Positions 17,489-27,230 of a stretch of DNA of 64,000 nt are shown here, one piece after another. This DNA is from Treponema sp. (lineage in GTDB: Bacteria > Spirochaetota > Spirochaetia > Treponematales > Treponemataceae): positions 24,319 to 88,318 of the forward strand of contig JAEESN010000008.1 in the NCBI GenBank assembly GCA_016286365.1. Reading direction: 5' to 3'. Position 1 is the stretch's first letter, and each line of letters begins with the position of its first letter. The position numbers were made by a program, and so were the translations under genes. The notes under the pieces are model-generated. The model worked only from the letters and a program-made list of their open reading frames with translations. It had not been told where the DNA came from and did no database searches.

Positions 17489-18574
17489 TTAATCTAAAGT
17501 CGAAAGATTCGCAAGAGTTTTATCTTCCTCATCACTTAAGAATAGCGCAATAGGGTGAAGAAGCGGAATATTTTCGCAGATGATTTTGATGATTACTAAA
17601 ATCGGTACTGCAACAATCATTCCCACAAAGCCCCAGATCCATCCGAACAAAGTCAAACCCAACACAACAATGAAAGTCGAAATACCAAGATTTGAACCTA
17701 CGATTTTTGGCTCTAAAAGATTACCAATCGTACAGTTTACGGCTGTCATATAAACAAGTACAAAGATGATTTTATCCCACGAAGGAAAGAGTTGCATCAA
17801 TGCAAAAGCAGAAGTAATCAGAACTGAAAAAAGTGAGCCGAAGGTCGGAATAAAGTTTAATATGAATGCAAGGAAAGCCCAGAGGATTGCAAAATCAAGA
17901 CCGATAATCTTTAATCCTACAAAGACAAAAGTTCCTGTTGCAAGCGAAATAAAAAATTTTATCGAAATATAGCGGACAACTTCTTCTGCAATCCGTTTTG
18001 AAATTACAAGAACCTGAGTTTTATTTTTTCTTTGTGCCAGAAGATTGATTTTGTTTTTAAAGTGTTTTGCTTCAATCAGGATGAGGGCCAGGAAAATCAA
18101 TACCAGAAAGAAGGATTTTATAAAGGTAATAATTCCGCTCGAAAGTGTGATTGCCGCATCCTGCACATAAGAAGAAATATTAAACATTTCCCAGATGTTC
18201 TGCCCGAAAGAAAGGTTTTCGTTGAAATTAAGGTGAAGAGACTCAGAGAATCTTTCAAGCACATCTTTAAACTTCTGGTCATATTTTGGATATTCTTTTG
18301 CAAAGGTCGAAGCACTTATATAAAGAAAGTAAAAAATAAATGAACAGAGGGCAATAAAGATGATTACGATAAGAATCGAAGTTACCGTCCAGTTGAGTTT
18401 TGTCTTTTGAGTGATTTTAACGATAATCGGCAAAAAAACAAAAGCAAGAAAAATTGAAAAAATTACCGGGAGTAAAAAAGCCGAAAGTAATTTTGCTACA
18501 AATAAAGATGCAACTACAGAAAGGAAGAAAAGAAGAACATATATTTTTTTTGTATAATTACTGTTATCAGCCAT
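17489..18574 (-). CDS. AI-2E family transporter (PerM/UPF0118-like permease)
   Basis: Polytopic membrane protein with LNFIPTFGSL and LLEPKIVGSNLGISTFIVVLGLTLFGWIWGFVGMIVAVP blocks characteristic of the family. Confidence 0.75.
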   Translation of the reverse strand: MADNSNYTKKIYVLLFFLSVVASLFVAKLLSAFLLPVIFSIFLAFVFLPIIVKITQKTKLNWTVTSILIVIIFIALCSFIFYFLYISASTFAKEYPKYDQKFKDVLERFSESLHLNFNENLSFGQNIWEMFNISSYVQDAAITLSSGIITFIKSFFLVLIFLALILIEAKHFKNKINLLAQRKNKTQVLVISKRIAEEVVRYISIKFFISLATGTFVFVGLKIIGLDFAILWAFLAFILNFIPTFGSLFSVLITSAFALMQLFPSWDKIIFVLVYMTAVNCTIGNLLEPKIVGSNLGISTFIVVLGLTLFGWIWGFVGMIVAVPILVIIKIICENIPLLHPIALFLSDEEDKTLANLSTLD

Positions 18575-18594
18575 TTTTTACTCCTTTTAAGAAT

Positions 18595-19872
18595 TTATTT
18601 CTTTGGCATGATTTTATCAAAGCCGCAGAATGGAACTAAAACTTCAGGGATTGTTACAGAGCCGTCTGCATTCTGATAGTTTTCAAGGATTGCAAGCATA
18701 GCGCGTCCTACGGCAATTGCAGTTCCATTCAATGTGTGAACATATTTATTCTTTCCGTCGTCATCCTTATATTTGATGTTCAGGCGGCGTGCCTGATAGT
18801 CTGTACAGTTAGAAGTTGAAGTTACTTCTCCGTATTCTCCGCCATTACGTCCAGGCATCCATGCTTCAAGGTCCCACTTTCTGTAAGCAGGTGCTCCAAG
18901 ATCTCCTGTACATGTTTCTACAACGTGGAATGGAAGACCAAGGCCTGTAAAGATTTCTTCTTCTATTTCGCGGAGTTTTGCGTGGATCTCGTCTGACTGT
19001 TCCGGAGTAGAGTAGGCAAACATTTCTACCTTGTCGAACTGATGTACGCGGTAAAGTCCCTTAGAGAACTGACCGGCAGCTCCGGCTTCGCGTCTGAAGC
19101 AGTGTGAAAGTCCTCCGTATAAAAGTGGAAGAGATGCTTTATTTAAAATTTCGTCCTGGTGGTAACCGCCGAGTGTGATTTCTGCAGTAGCTACAAGACA
19201 GGTTCCTTCTTCTTCGATTGAGTATACGTTTGATTCATTTCCGCGCGGATTAAATCCGATTCCCTTAAGGATTTCTTCTTTTGCTACATCAGGAGTGATG
19301 AACATATTAAAGTTGTGCTTTCTTAAAGTGTTCAAAGCATACATGATTAAAGCCTGTTCAAGGAAAACTGCTTCGTTTTTAAGATAATAGAACTTTGGAC
19401 CAGAAACCTTTGTACCGCGGTCAAAATCTATGATGTCAAGGCTTTCACCAAGCTGAACGTGATCTTTAGGTTCAAAATCGAATTTGCGTGGTGTTCCAAC
19501 CTTCTTTACTTCAAGGTTTTCTGTGTCGAGTTTTCCGACAGGAACATCAGGGTGAACCATATTCGGAATCTGGCGTGCAGCTTCTTCGAGTGCGGCTTCT
19601 ACTTCTTTTGTTTCTGTTTCTACAGCCGAGATTTCTTCCTTAATTTCTTTTCCGGCAGCAATCAGCTTCTGTCTTTCGTCGTTTTCGAGCTTCTGCTTCA
19701 TAGCTGCCGCATTTTCGTTTCTCTTCTGCTGAAGTCCCTGAAGCTTTGTTACAAGTTCAGTGCGTTTGTCATAGAGTTCGACAACCTTGTCGGCATCTGC
19801 CTTCATGTTGCGGTCTTCGATATTCTTTTTTACTGCATCGATATTGTCTTTAATAAATTTATAATCAAGCAT
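18595..19872 (-). CDS. serS: Seryl-tRNA synthetase
   Basis: N-terminus MLDYKFIKDNIDAVKKNIEDRN plus a coiled-coil arm, class II core (FRREAGAAG, TLNGTAIAVGRAMLAILENYQ), 425 aa. Confidence 0.92.
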   Translation of the reverse strand: MLDYKFIKDNIDAVKKNIEDRNMKADADKVVELYDKRTELVTKLQGLQQKRNENAAAMKQKLENDERQKLIAAGKEIKEEISAVETETKEVEAALEEAARQIPNMVHPDVPVGKLDTENLEVKKVGTPRKFDFEPKDHVQLGESLDIIDFDRGTKVSGPKFYYLKNEAVFLEQALIMYALNTLRKHNFNMFITPDVAKEEILKGIGFNPRGNESNVYSIEEEGTCLVATAEITLGGYHQDEILNKASLPLLYGGLSHCFRREAGAAGQFSKGLYRVHQFDKVEMFAYSTPEQSDEIHAKLREIEEEIFTGLGLPFHVVETCTGDLGAPAYRKWDLEAWMPGRNGGEYGEVTSTSNCTDYQARRLNIKYKDDDGKNKYVHTLNGTAIAVGRAMLAILENYQNADGSVTIPEVLVPFCGFDKIMPKK

Positions 19873-19935
19873 TTTTTACCTCGCAAGTATTTATAAATAA
19901 TTTGAAAATAGAAATCTTCATGTTGCCTCCACCTG

Positions 19936-21510
19936 TTATCTGATTTCTATATAAAATCTTTTCAAATATATTATTCGTTTATTAGCTTCTTCATAATAAT
20001 TACTTTCCGGATAATTATCCATAAGATTTTGATAAGAATTAATCGAAGCTTTAATATTTTTTACAGGACTATCCTGCTCGTAAACCTGTCCCAAAAGATA
20101 TAAACCTTCGTCACGTTTTTCTGTAGAGATTTCGAAGAAGGCTTTAAGACATAATTCAGCATCCTGATACTTTTTATCTGCAATAAACTGTTTGGCTTTT
20201 TCTAAGAGTTCGCTTGCATCCTTTAATTCTGTATAAGGATTAATGTCTATTGTTGGGGTTGTTTCTTCCGGTTCTACAATATTAGGAGTGTATTCTTCTT
20301 CGCCTGTGTATTCAACAAAATCACGTTTTTCACTTGGAAGAATTTCTTCTTTTGGTTCTGCCGGTATTACAGCATTGTCAACCGGTGTTATACTGATTTC
20401 GCCAGCTGCCTCTGCTGCTTCTTTTTCTGCATTTATTCTGTCCAAAGTTCTGGAAGAGATTGCAGGAGTTTCCGGCTGTTTTGGAACAATATTTTTATAT
20501 TCAGGTGCTTTTACAACTGTATATAAAGAGCCCTTGTCGCCCTGTACGTCAACTTCAATATAATCATCAATAAACTTACCGGTTAAATTATCAAGCTTAT
20601 AAAAATGATGAATCTGTTTTCCGCTTTCCCTTGAAACAAGAGTAAAGATTGTTTCGTTATTTAATGTTCTCTTTCCGGTGCTTTCGAGGTTATTGTATTC
20701 AGATGTTGAACCAAGATAAATCCATCCCGAACCAGGATAGGTGATGGAAAGAGTCTCGTTAGTCTTCATCTGTACACTGCGCGATGGAACAGGTTTTTTG
20801 TCGGAACTAACTCCTGACTGTTCTGCAGGTGGCTCTTCAAATCCTTCCGGTAATACAAAAAAGTCTTCTGATTTTTTCTGAGAAGTTGCAGCATTATTTT
20901 TATTTTGTGCCGGCGTTGTTTTATTCTGAGAAGGAACTGTCTGCCTTGGAGTTCCAGGAGCAGGTGTATTTCTTTTATCTAAGGTATTTCTTGGTGCAGA
21001 AGGTGTGTTTGTCTGATTAGGAGTTGCAGTTTTTGCCTGAGCAGTATTTGCTTTATTTGCTGTAGCCTGATTCTGATTCTTTGGAGCTGTGGTATTCTGT
21101 GCAGTTTTAGAAGTTTCTTTTTTTGTCCCCGTAGATGCAGTTTCACTTTCGGAAGCTTTTGTTTCTGTGGATTTTGAATCCGTAGTTTTTACATCTTTTG
21201 AAGCGTCGTCTTTTTTTGCAGTTTTGTCGTTTGTTTTAGAAGCCCCATCTGAGTTTGCCGTTGTACCTGCATTTGCATCTGTGTCCTGAGCCTTCTTAGT
21301 AGATTTCGGGCGCGGATTTCTTGGGCTTGTTTTTTGAGTTTCCGGGTCTAAGTCGCGTACAAGTGGTTCTTCAAAATCCTCAGGTTCCTGGAGTTTTCCG
21401 TTTTTCAAAGGGCTTTGAGTAGATTCTGCTCCATCCTGATTTTTGTCCGAAGTACAGGAAAAAACAAATAACAGAGAAATTGAAATTAATAATAAAATAA
21501 TTTTTTTCAT
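19936..21510 (-). CDS. Lipoprotein with a long T/K/N/A/Q/P-rich low-complexity region and a C-terminal TPR/YbgF-like domain
   Basis: Lipobox LLFVFSCTS. About 200 aa are low complexity. The C-terminus is KYQDAELCLKAFFE...LLGQVYEQ...YPESNYYEEA. Confidence 0.6.
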   Translation of the reverse strand: MKKIILLLISISLLFVFSCTSDKNQDGAESTQSPLKNGKLQEPEDFEEPLVRDLDPETQKTSPRNPRPKSTKKAQDTDANAGTTANSDGASKTNDKTAKKDDASKDVKTTDSKSTETKASESETASTGTKKETSKTAQNTTAPKNQNQATANKANTAQAKTATPNQTNTPSAPRNTLDKRNTPAPGTPRQTVPSQNKTTPAQNKNNAATSQKKSEDFFVLPEGFEEPPAEQSGVSSDKKPVPSRSVQMKTNETLSITYPGSGWIYLGSTSEYNNLESTGKRTLNNETIFTLVSRESGKQIHHFYKLDNLTGKFIDDYIEVDVQGDKGSLYTVVKAPEYKNIVPKQPETPAISSRTLDRINAEKEAAEAAGEISITPVDNAVIPAEPKEEILPSEKRDFVEYTGEEEYTPNIVEPEETTPTIDINPYTELKDASELLEKAKQFIADKKYQDAELCLKAFFEISTEKRDEGLYLLGQVYEQDSPVKNIKASINSYQNLMDNYPESNYYEEANKRIIYLKRFYIEIR

Positions 21511-21902
21511 GGTGCCGCTCCTATTACATCAGAAATCATACTTTCATTTTCTTTTTCAAGCTGGTTTATCTGTTCAGTCGTTGGAATTGTGAACCATTTT
21601 TCGGTTTCTTCTTCTGACCACTTTTCTTCTGTCTGTCTTGAAATGTCATAGCTGTATTCAGTTACAAGTTCATCGGGAACAAGAAGCTCTTCTGTAAAAA
21701 CAATCTGTGGGCCTTCTGCTTCTTTTTCTTCTTTTGGTCTTCCAGCTATTATGCTGATTAAAAGAATTAAAAGAATAACGATGAGTGAAGAGCAGAGCAC
21801 AATTACAGCCTTTCTTGGATTTTCCTTACAAAAGCTGACTGTCTTTTTTACAAGAGAAACTGTTTTGTCTTTTAACTGTGTAAAAAAATCCTTTACATCC
21901 AT
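21507..21902 (-). CDS. Small single-pass membrane protein, hypothetical
   Basis: TM helix AVIVLCSSLIVILLILLISIIAG. The start overlaps the smc stop (TAATG) and the stop overlaps the next start (ATGA). Confidence 0.55.
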   Translation of the reverse strand: MDVKDFFTQLKDKTVSLVKKTVSFCKENPRKAVIVLCSSLIVILLILLISIIAGRPKEEKEAEGPQIVFTEELLVPDELVTEYSYDISRQTEEKWSEEETEKWFTIPTTEQINQLEKENESMISDVIGAAP

Positions 21903-24790
21903 TATTTATTTCTCTTTGGAGGGCGTGGAGGAAGCACAATTCCTTCTTCTTCAGGAACATCTTCTTCCTTAAACTCTTCATTCTTTTTAAAATCATCCGA
22001 TTCTGCTTTAATATCCTGATCAAGTCTTAATGCAATAATCTTACTTACACCAGACTCTTCCATTGTAATACCAAGCATTGTCGAAGCTCCCATTACAGTC
22101 TTCTTGTTATGAGTGATGATTATGTACTGACTTACGTTTGCAAAGCTTTCGAGTGTTGTTACAAAGCTTGAAACGTTTTTGTCGTCAAGAGCAGCATCAA
22201 TTTCGTCTAAGAGACAGAACGGACTTGGACGTACCTGATAAGTTGCAAAGAGTAGGGCAACTGCAGTCATTGTTTTTTCACCACCCGAAAGCAGCGCAAT
22301 ATTTTCGAGCTTTTTTCCTGGCGGCTGTGCGTAAATATCAATACCTGACTGAAGGATATTTGTTGGATCTGCAAGTTTTAATTCTGCGCGGCCACCATTA
22401 AAGAGTCGGCGGAACATGTTGTGGAAATTCTTCTTAATCTGGTTGTATGTTTCAAGGAACATTTCTGCAGATTTAGATTTGATTTCTTCGCTTACACGCA
22501 CAAGATTTTCAAGAGACTTCTGTGTATCTTCAAAGTTAGTTTTCTGTCTTTCGTATCTTTCTTTTACTTCTCCGAATTCTTCCGGAGCCATAAGGTTTAC
22601 GCTTCCAAGAGCACTAAAATCTTTTTTAGCCTGAGAAAGTTTTTCCCTTATATCTGCGGCCGGAGTTGTAATCTTATACATTCTTTCTTCGAATTCCATC
22701 AGGTCGTGTGAATACTGATCCTGGAAATTCTGTTTGATATTTTTGATGTCGTTATCTGCAGAGTTTAAAGTGAGTGTTAATCTTTCGTACTGTTCCTGAT
22801 ACTTATTCTGTTCTTCGCGCTTCTTTTCGAGCCTGTCGTTTTTACCAGAAACAGATTCATTTGCCTTTGCAATTTCCTTATCAAGATTGTTCATCTCTTC
22901 GGCAAGTTTTTTACCACGGTATTCAATTTCTGCAAGTTCATCCTGATAAGAATTAATCTGTTCGTTTATATCTTCTGCACGTTTTGTTTCAGTAAAAAGT
23001 TCTTCTTCTGTTTCGCGCAGTGTTGCCTGTTCTGTAGCAAGCTGACGGTTCAGCGTAGAAGCCTGTTCCTGTGCCGCCTTAATCTGTTCCTGCATCTGAA
23101 CTTCATTTACGCGGAGCTTACTTAAAGTTTCTTTGTATTCTTCGATTTTTTTAGAAAGCTCAGAATTCTGTTTGTGAAGATCTGTAATCTGTTTGTTTAT
23201 ATTTTCGATTGCTGCAATATTTTCGTTGATTTTTGTATCTACAGCACGTTTTTTTGTCATTATACCCTGAGGCGAAAGGAATTCTGTGATGAACGAAGGA
23301 GAAGCCTTTAAATAATCAGAAAGGGAGTTCTGCACAACGATGAGCTGATTTTCTGCTTCGGTAAAAGCCTTGTCTGCTTCGGCAATCATGTTTTTTGCAT
23401 CTTCGCCAGAGTGATTCTGTTTTGCAAAATCAGCAAAGATATTTTTTCGTCCGGTGATGAAAATCTTTAATTTATTAAGATTTGTATCGAGTTCTTCTTT
23501 AGCCTTGCGCATTGCATTTTCGCTAAAGCCTGCATCCTTTAATTTTTCATCAAGCTTACTTACGATGTCTTCTGTAATGGCAGCAAGTTCTTCCTGAAGC
23601 TTTGCACGATCTCTTTCAAGGTCGCCAATCTGTACACGTAAAGTATCTGTGTGTCTGTCGTTTTCTGTAATCTGTGAACCCGAAAGTTCAATGTTTTTGT
23701 GGAAAGAATCGATGTTAGATTTAATGTCTTCCAGCTGTTTAGTTTTTGAATGAAGGGAAGCGTTCTGTTCGTCAATTTCTTCCTGAAGATTATCTATTCG
23801 TTCCTGATTTGCATTCTTTTTAATTTCAAGGCTGCTGATTTTTTCTTTTAAGATTAAAGCCTGTGCGTTCTGCTGTTTGATGAGTTCAAGCTTACCGTTC
23901 TTTTCCTGTCCTATACCAATCAGTTCGGCCTGTTTTGAATAAAGTTCATCCTGCATGGATTTAACCTTATCCATATTCTGCGAAATAGTATTGTTTATTT
24001 CTTCAATTTCCTGTCTTACCTTATCGCGCTTTTCCTGTACGTTTTTAAGTTCTTCTTCGTGGCGTGCTTTATCCTGAACAAAGTTTTTAAGGCGTAAAAG
24101 GGTGAGGTCGAGTTCAAAATTGTAAATGTCGTCCCTCATCTTTCTGTATTTGATTGTTTTTTCCGACTGGATTTTTAAAGAATCATACTGTCTTTTAATT
24201 TCTGCAAGAGCAATTTCTATCTGCTGCATGTTGATTCTTGTTCTGTCGAGCTCGCGTTCTGCTTCTGCACATTCAGCTTTACTTCGGCTGATTCCGGCTG
24301 CTTCTTCAAAAAGATATCGTCTGTCTTCAGGTTTAGAAGAAAGAATCTGATCGATTTTTCCCTGTTCCATTACAGAGTAGGCTGCTTTACCAACACCGGT
24401 ATCCATAAAAAGGCGTCGGATTTCTGTAGGTCCTGCAGGTCGTTTGTTTATAAAATATTCCTGATCACCTGAACGGTAAAGACGGCGTGTAATTGCAATT
24501 TCTGCATCATCAAGGGGAAGAAGTCCTTTTTCGTTTGAAAGTGTGAGAGTAACTTCTGCAGTGTTTAAAGCCGGACGACGTTCTGTTCCGTTAAAAATAA
24601 CGTCTTCCATTTTTTCGGCACGAAGATTCTTTGAACGGTTTTCAGCCAGTACCCATTTTATTGCATCAACAACGTTACTCTTACCGCATCCGTTAGGGCC
24701 CAATAAAGCTGTAATTCCTTCTGCAAAATCAATGTGAGTCTTATCTGCAAATGACTTAAAACCGAAAATATCAAGACTTTTTAAAAACAC
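21902..24790 (-). CDS. smc: Chromosome partition protein SMC
   Basis: N-terminal FKSF...LLGPNGCGKSNVVDAIKW Walker A, long coiled coils, C-terminal LSGGEKTMTAVALLFA signature and CLLDEIDAALD Walker B. The start is GTG. Confidence 0.92.
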   Translation of the reverse strand: MFLKSLDIFGFKSFADKTHIDFAEGITALLGPNGCGKSNVVDAIKWVLAENRSKNLRAEKMEDVIFNGTERRPALNTAEVTLTLSNEKGLLPLDDAEIAITRRLYRSGDQEYFINKRPAGPTEIRRLFMDTGVGKAAYSVMEQGKIDQILSSKPEDRRYLFEEAAGISRSKAECAEAERELDRTRINMQQIEIALAEIKRQYDSLKIQSEKTIKYRKMRDDIYNFELDLTLLRLKNFVQDKARHEEELKNVQEKRDKVRQEIEEINNTISQNMDKVKSMQDELYSKQAELIGIGQEKNGKLELIKQQNAQALILKEKISSLEIKKNANQERIDNLQEEIDEQNASLHSKTKQLEDIKSNIDSFHKNIELSGSQITENDRHTDTLRVQIGDLERDRAKLQEELAAITEDIVSKLDEKLKDAGFSENAMRKAKEELDTNLNKLKIFITGRKNIFADFAKQNHSGEDAKNMIAEADKAFTEAENQLIVVQNSLSDYLKASPSFITEFLSPQGIMTKKRAVDTKINENIAAIENINKQITDLHKQNSELSKKIEEYKETLSKLRVNEVQMQEQIKAAQEQASTLNRQLATEQATLRETEEELFTETKRAEDINEQINSYQDELAEIEYRGKKLAEEMNNLDKEIAKANESVSGKNDRLEKKREEQNKYQEQYERLTLTLNSADNDIKNIKQNFQDQYSHDLMEFEERMYKITTPAADIREKLSQAKKDFSALGSVNLMAPEEFGEVKERYERQKTNFEDTQKSLENLVRVSEEIKSKSAEMFLETYNQIKKNFHNMFRRLFNGGRAELKLADPTNILQSGIDIYAQPPGKKLENIALLSGGEKTMTAVALLFATYQVRPSPFCLLDEIDAALDDKNVSSFVTTLESFANVSQYIIITHNKKTVMGASTMLGITMEESGVSKIIALRLDQDIKAESDDFKKNEEFKEEDVPEEEGIVLPPRPPKRNK

Positions 24791-24826
24791 GTGGAATCCT
24801 CTTAAACTTTAAACTTCTTCTATAAT

Positions 24827-24855
24827 ATTATACCGAGAACACGCTGAATTTACAA
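24827..24855 (-). promoter_or_regulatory. Sigma70-like promoter upstream of smc
   Basis: On the minus strand: TTGTAA, a 17-nt spacer, then TATAAT, about 37 nt upstream of the GTG start. Confidence 0.5.
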
Positions 24856-24866
24856 GGAATCGGAGG

Positions 24867-26003
24867 TTATTCATATATTTTTGGGGCCTGGATTTTACCG
24901 TTGTAAATCTCTTTAGGATATACAGTTATGCCGATTTTCTTTTCTAAAGCTGCAAATTGATTCATTTCATATTCATCGCCAATCACAATATTGATTCCTT
25001 TTTGGCCGGCTCTTCCTGTTCGTCCGCTTCTGTGAATAAAAAAGTCTTCGTCGGAAGGTAAATCCATTTGAATTATGTGCGAAATGTTTGGAATATCAAG
25101 CCCTCTGGTACATAAATCGCTTGTGATTAAAATTTTTGTTTTTCCGCTTCTGAACCTGTCGATCGCAGCCTTTCTGTCTTTTTTATCTGCCTTTGCGGTG
25201 AGCGTCATACAGTCAATATTTTTATAGCGGAGCTTTGTATAAATGTTCGAAACCTGGTCAATTCTGGAAGTAAAAACTAAAACCTTTGTATAATTTTCTG
25301 CATTAAGAATTTTTCGCAGGGTTTCAATTTTATCGCGTCGTTCTGCATAAAAAGCCCAGTGGGTAATATTTTTTGTAAGGATATCTTCTTTTGGCATGAT
25401 TACAGTTTCTGCATCCTTAAAAAAATCTTTTACCTGTTTTGTGATTGTTGCAGAAAGTGCGATTATTCTGCAGTCTTTGTTTACGAGTTCTTTTAAAATC
25501 CTTGTGTCATCTATGAGTTCTTTTTTAATAAGCCTGTCGCATTCATCAAAAACAATTGTGTTTACATCCTGAACCTTTAATTTTTTTAATCTGATTAATT
25601 CAACGAGCCTTGCAGGATTTCCTATTACTATTTCCGGTTTTTCTTTTAGGGTTTCAATCTGCCTCTTAAGGGGAGAGCCGCCAATAAAAAGAGCAGTTTT
25701 TCTCTGAGTGATTAATTTGGCACTGGCGTTTATCTGCGATGCGAGTTCAAAGGTAGGAGCTGCAATCAGGATTTTTACCTTTGTCTTATCATCTTCTTTT
25801 TCAAGATTGTTTATGAGCGGTAAAAGATATGCGTAAGTTTTTCCCGTTCCCGTTTCTGATTCAAAAACAATGCTTTTTCCTTCGTTTATAAGCGGAATAA
25901 CTTTGTCCTGTACTTTTGTGGGCTGTGTAATATTTATTTCTTTAAGTTTTGTGATTATAGAAGGAGATAGAAGATTAAAAGCGTTATCTGTTTTTGTATC
26001 CAT
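24867..26003 (-). CDS. DEAD-box family ATP-dependent RNA helicase (motif II variant DECD)
   Basis: Motif I ESETGTGKT, motif II VFDECD, SAT motif LSATIT, motif VI HRSGRTGRAG. I prefer ATG 26003 (MDTKTDN) to the GTG at 26021 used in the track. Confidence 0.85.
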   Translation of the reverse strand: MDTKTDNAFNLLSPSIITKLKEINITQPTKVQDKVIPLINEGKSIVFESETGTGKTYAYLLPLINNLEKEDDKTKVKILIAAPTFELASQINASAKLITQRKTALFIGGSPLKRQIETLKEKPEIVIGNPARLVELIRLKKLKVQDVNTIVFDECDRLIKKELIDDTRILKELVNKDCRIIALSATITKQVKDFFKDAETVIMPKEDILTKNITHWAFYAERRDKIETLRKILNAENYTKVLVFTSRIDQVSNIYTKLRYKNIDCMTLTAKADKKDRKAAIDRFRSGKTKILITSDLCTRGLDIPNISHIIQMDLPSDEDFFIHRSGRTGRAGQKGINIVIGDEYEMNQFAALEKKIGITVYPKEIYNGKIQAPKIYE

Positions 26004-26009
26004 TTTTAT

Positions 26010-26018
26010 AATATAGCA
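26010..26018 (-). promoter_or_regulatory. Extended -10 box TGCTATATT, 6 nt upstream of the helicase ATG
   Basis: Read directly. No Shine-Dalgarno lies between the box and the ATG. Confidence 0.4.
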
Positions 26019-26033
26019 CACTCACAAAAAATC

Positions 26034-26042
26034 TGCTATAAT
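26034..26042 (+). promoter_or_regulatory. Extended -10 box TGCTATAAT, 9 nt upstream of the glycosyltransferase ATG
   Basis: Read directly. No Shine-Dalgarno lies between the box and the ATG. Confidence 0.4.
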
Positions 26043-26051
26043 GATTAAGAT

Positions 26052-27176
26052 ATGAAAATTGCAATCGATACCTTTGGCTGTGATCACGCAAAGTCAGGCT
26101 GGGGGTCTTATTTATATTATTTTATTAAAAACATACCCTCCGATTCTAAATTCAAGCACAGCTACGAACTGTTCGGAGCAGAGATTGACCGCTATACCTA
26201 TACTTCAGAAGTAGAAAAAACATTTCAGTCTGTAAACATAAAGGATGACCTTAAGACAGAACAGAGATGGCACAGACACTGGGCAGATGCTTTTATAAGA
26301 AAAAACAATTACGATTTAGTAATCTATCCGGCTGTAGAAAAAGTGATTCCCGGAAGATTTTCAACTCCATCAATTGCCGTTATGAACAGCATTCTTTCTG
26401 TTGTAAAGAAAAACTCTTCGTTCAAAATCCGCCATCAGCTCCAGAAGGGGCTCGAAAATGTTCAGTGTATAATTGCTCCTTCCCAGTATATTAAAAACGA
26501 CCTTATAGCAAATAAAATAGATGCAGAAAAAATCCACGTAATCTATAACGGAATTGACCACAAGCTCTTTTTCCCAAGTTCAGATATAGACACAGAATAC
26601 GTAGAGATAAAACCTTTTGCAATCAAGCGTCCGTATTTTATTTATGGTTCACGACTTTCGGGCCCTGAAAAAAAGCATATTGAACTTATCCGTGCCTTCA
26701 ATATCTTTAAAAAAGAAACTGACTCACCAATTCGTCTTGTTCTTGCCGGAAACGACGGAGAGTGGTCAGATAAAATAAAAAAAGAAGCATACGAATCTGA
26801 TTATTCTTCTGATATTTTTATTACGGGTTATTTCCCTCACGAAAGTTTTTCAAAACTTTATGCCGGTGCTACAGCCTGTATTTTCCCGGCCGTAAACGAA
26901 GGAGTAGGGCTTCCTATTCTTGAATCAATGGCATGTGGGATTCCTGTTTTATGTTCTGATTCAGGTGCTTTACCGGAAGTTGGAGCCGATGCCCCGATTT
27001 ATTTTAATTCTGATGATGTAAACGATATTGCACAGAAGATGAAGCAGATTGTCCAGGATAAAAAACTATACCAGGAAAAAGTTGATGCGGGATTAAAAAG
27101 GGCAAACCACTTTAACTGGGACAGCACTGTAATAAATACAATTTCGATTGCGGAAGAATTGTTTAAGAAAAATTAA
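26052..27176 (+). CDS. Glycosyltransferase family 1 (GT4-type)
   Basis: C-terminal EGVGLPILESMACGIPVLCSDSGALPEV (E-x7-E region), 374 aa. Confidence 0.8.
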   Translation: MKIAIDTFGCDHAKSGWGSYLYYFIKNIPSDSKFKHSYELFGAEIDRYTYTSEVEKTFQSVNIKDDLKTEQRWHRHWADAFIRKNNYDLVIYPAVEKVIPGRFSTPSIAVMNSILSVVKKNSSFKIRHQLQKGLENVQCIIAPSQYIKNDLIANKIDAEKIHVIYNGIDHKLFFPSSDIDTEYVEIKPFAIKRPYFIYGSRLSGPEKKHIELIRAFNIFKKETDSPIRLVLAGNDGEWSDKIKKEAYESDYSSDIFITGYFPHESFSKLYAGATACIFPAVNEGVGLPILESMACGIPVLCSDSGALPEVGADAPIYFNSDDVNDIAQKMKQIVQDKKLYQEKVDAGLKRANHFNWDSTVINTISIAEELFKKN

Positions 27177-27230
27177 TCGATAAAAATTTAACAAAAAAAA
27201 TTATCGGACCAGTGATTTATGCAGCATCTT

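Noticed and set aside
22138-24737. Several 60-96-aa plus-strand ORFs inside smc
   Set aside because: They are antisense to a well-supported 962-aa gene, low-complexity, and have no RBS. They are typical shadow ORFs.
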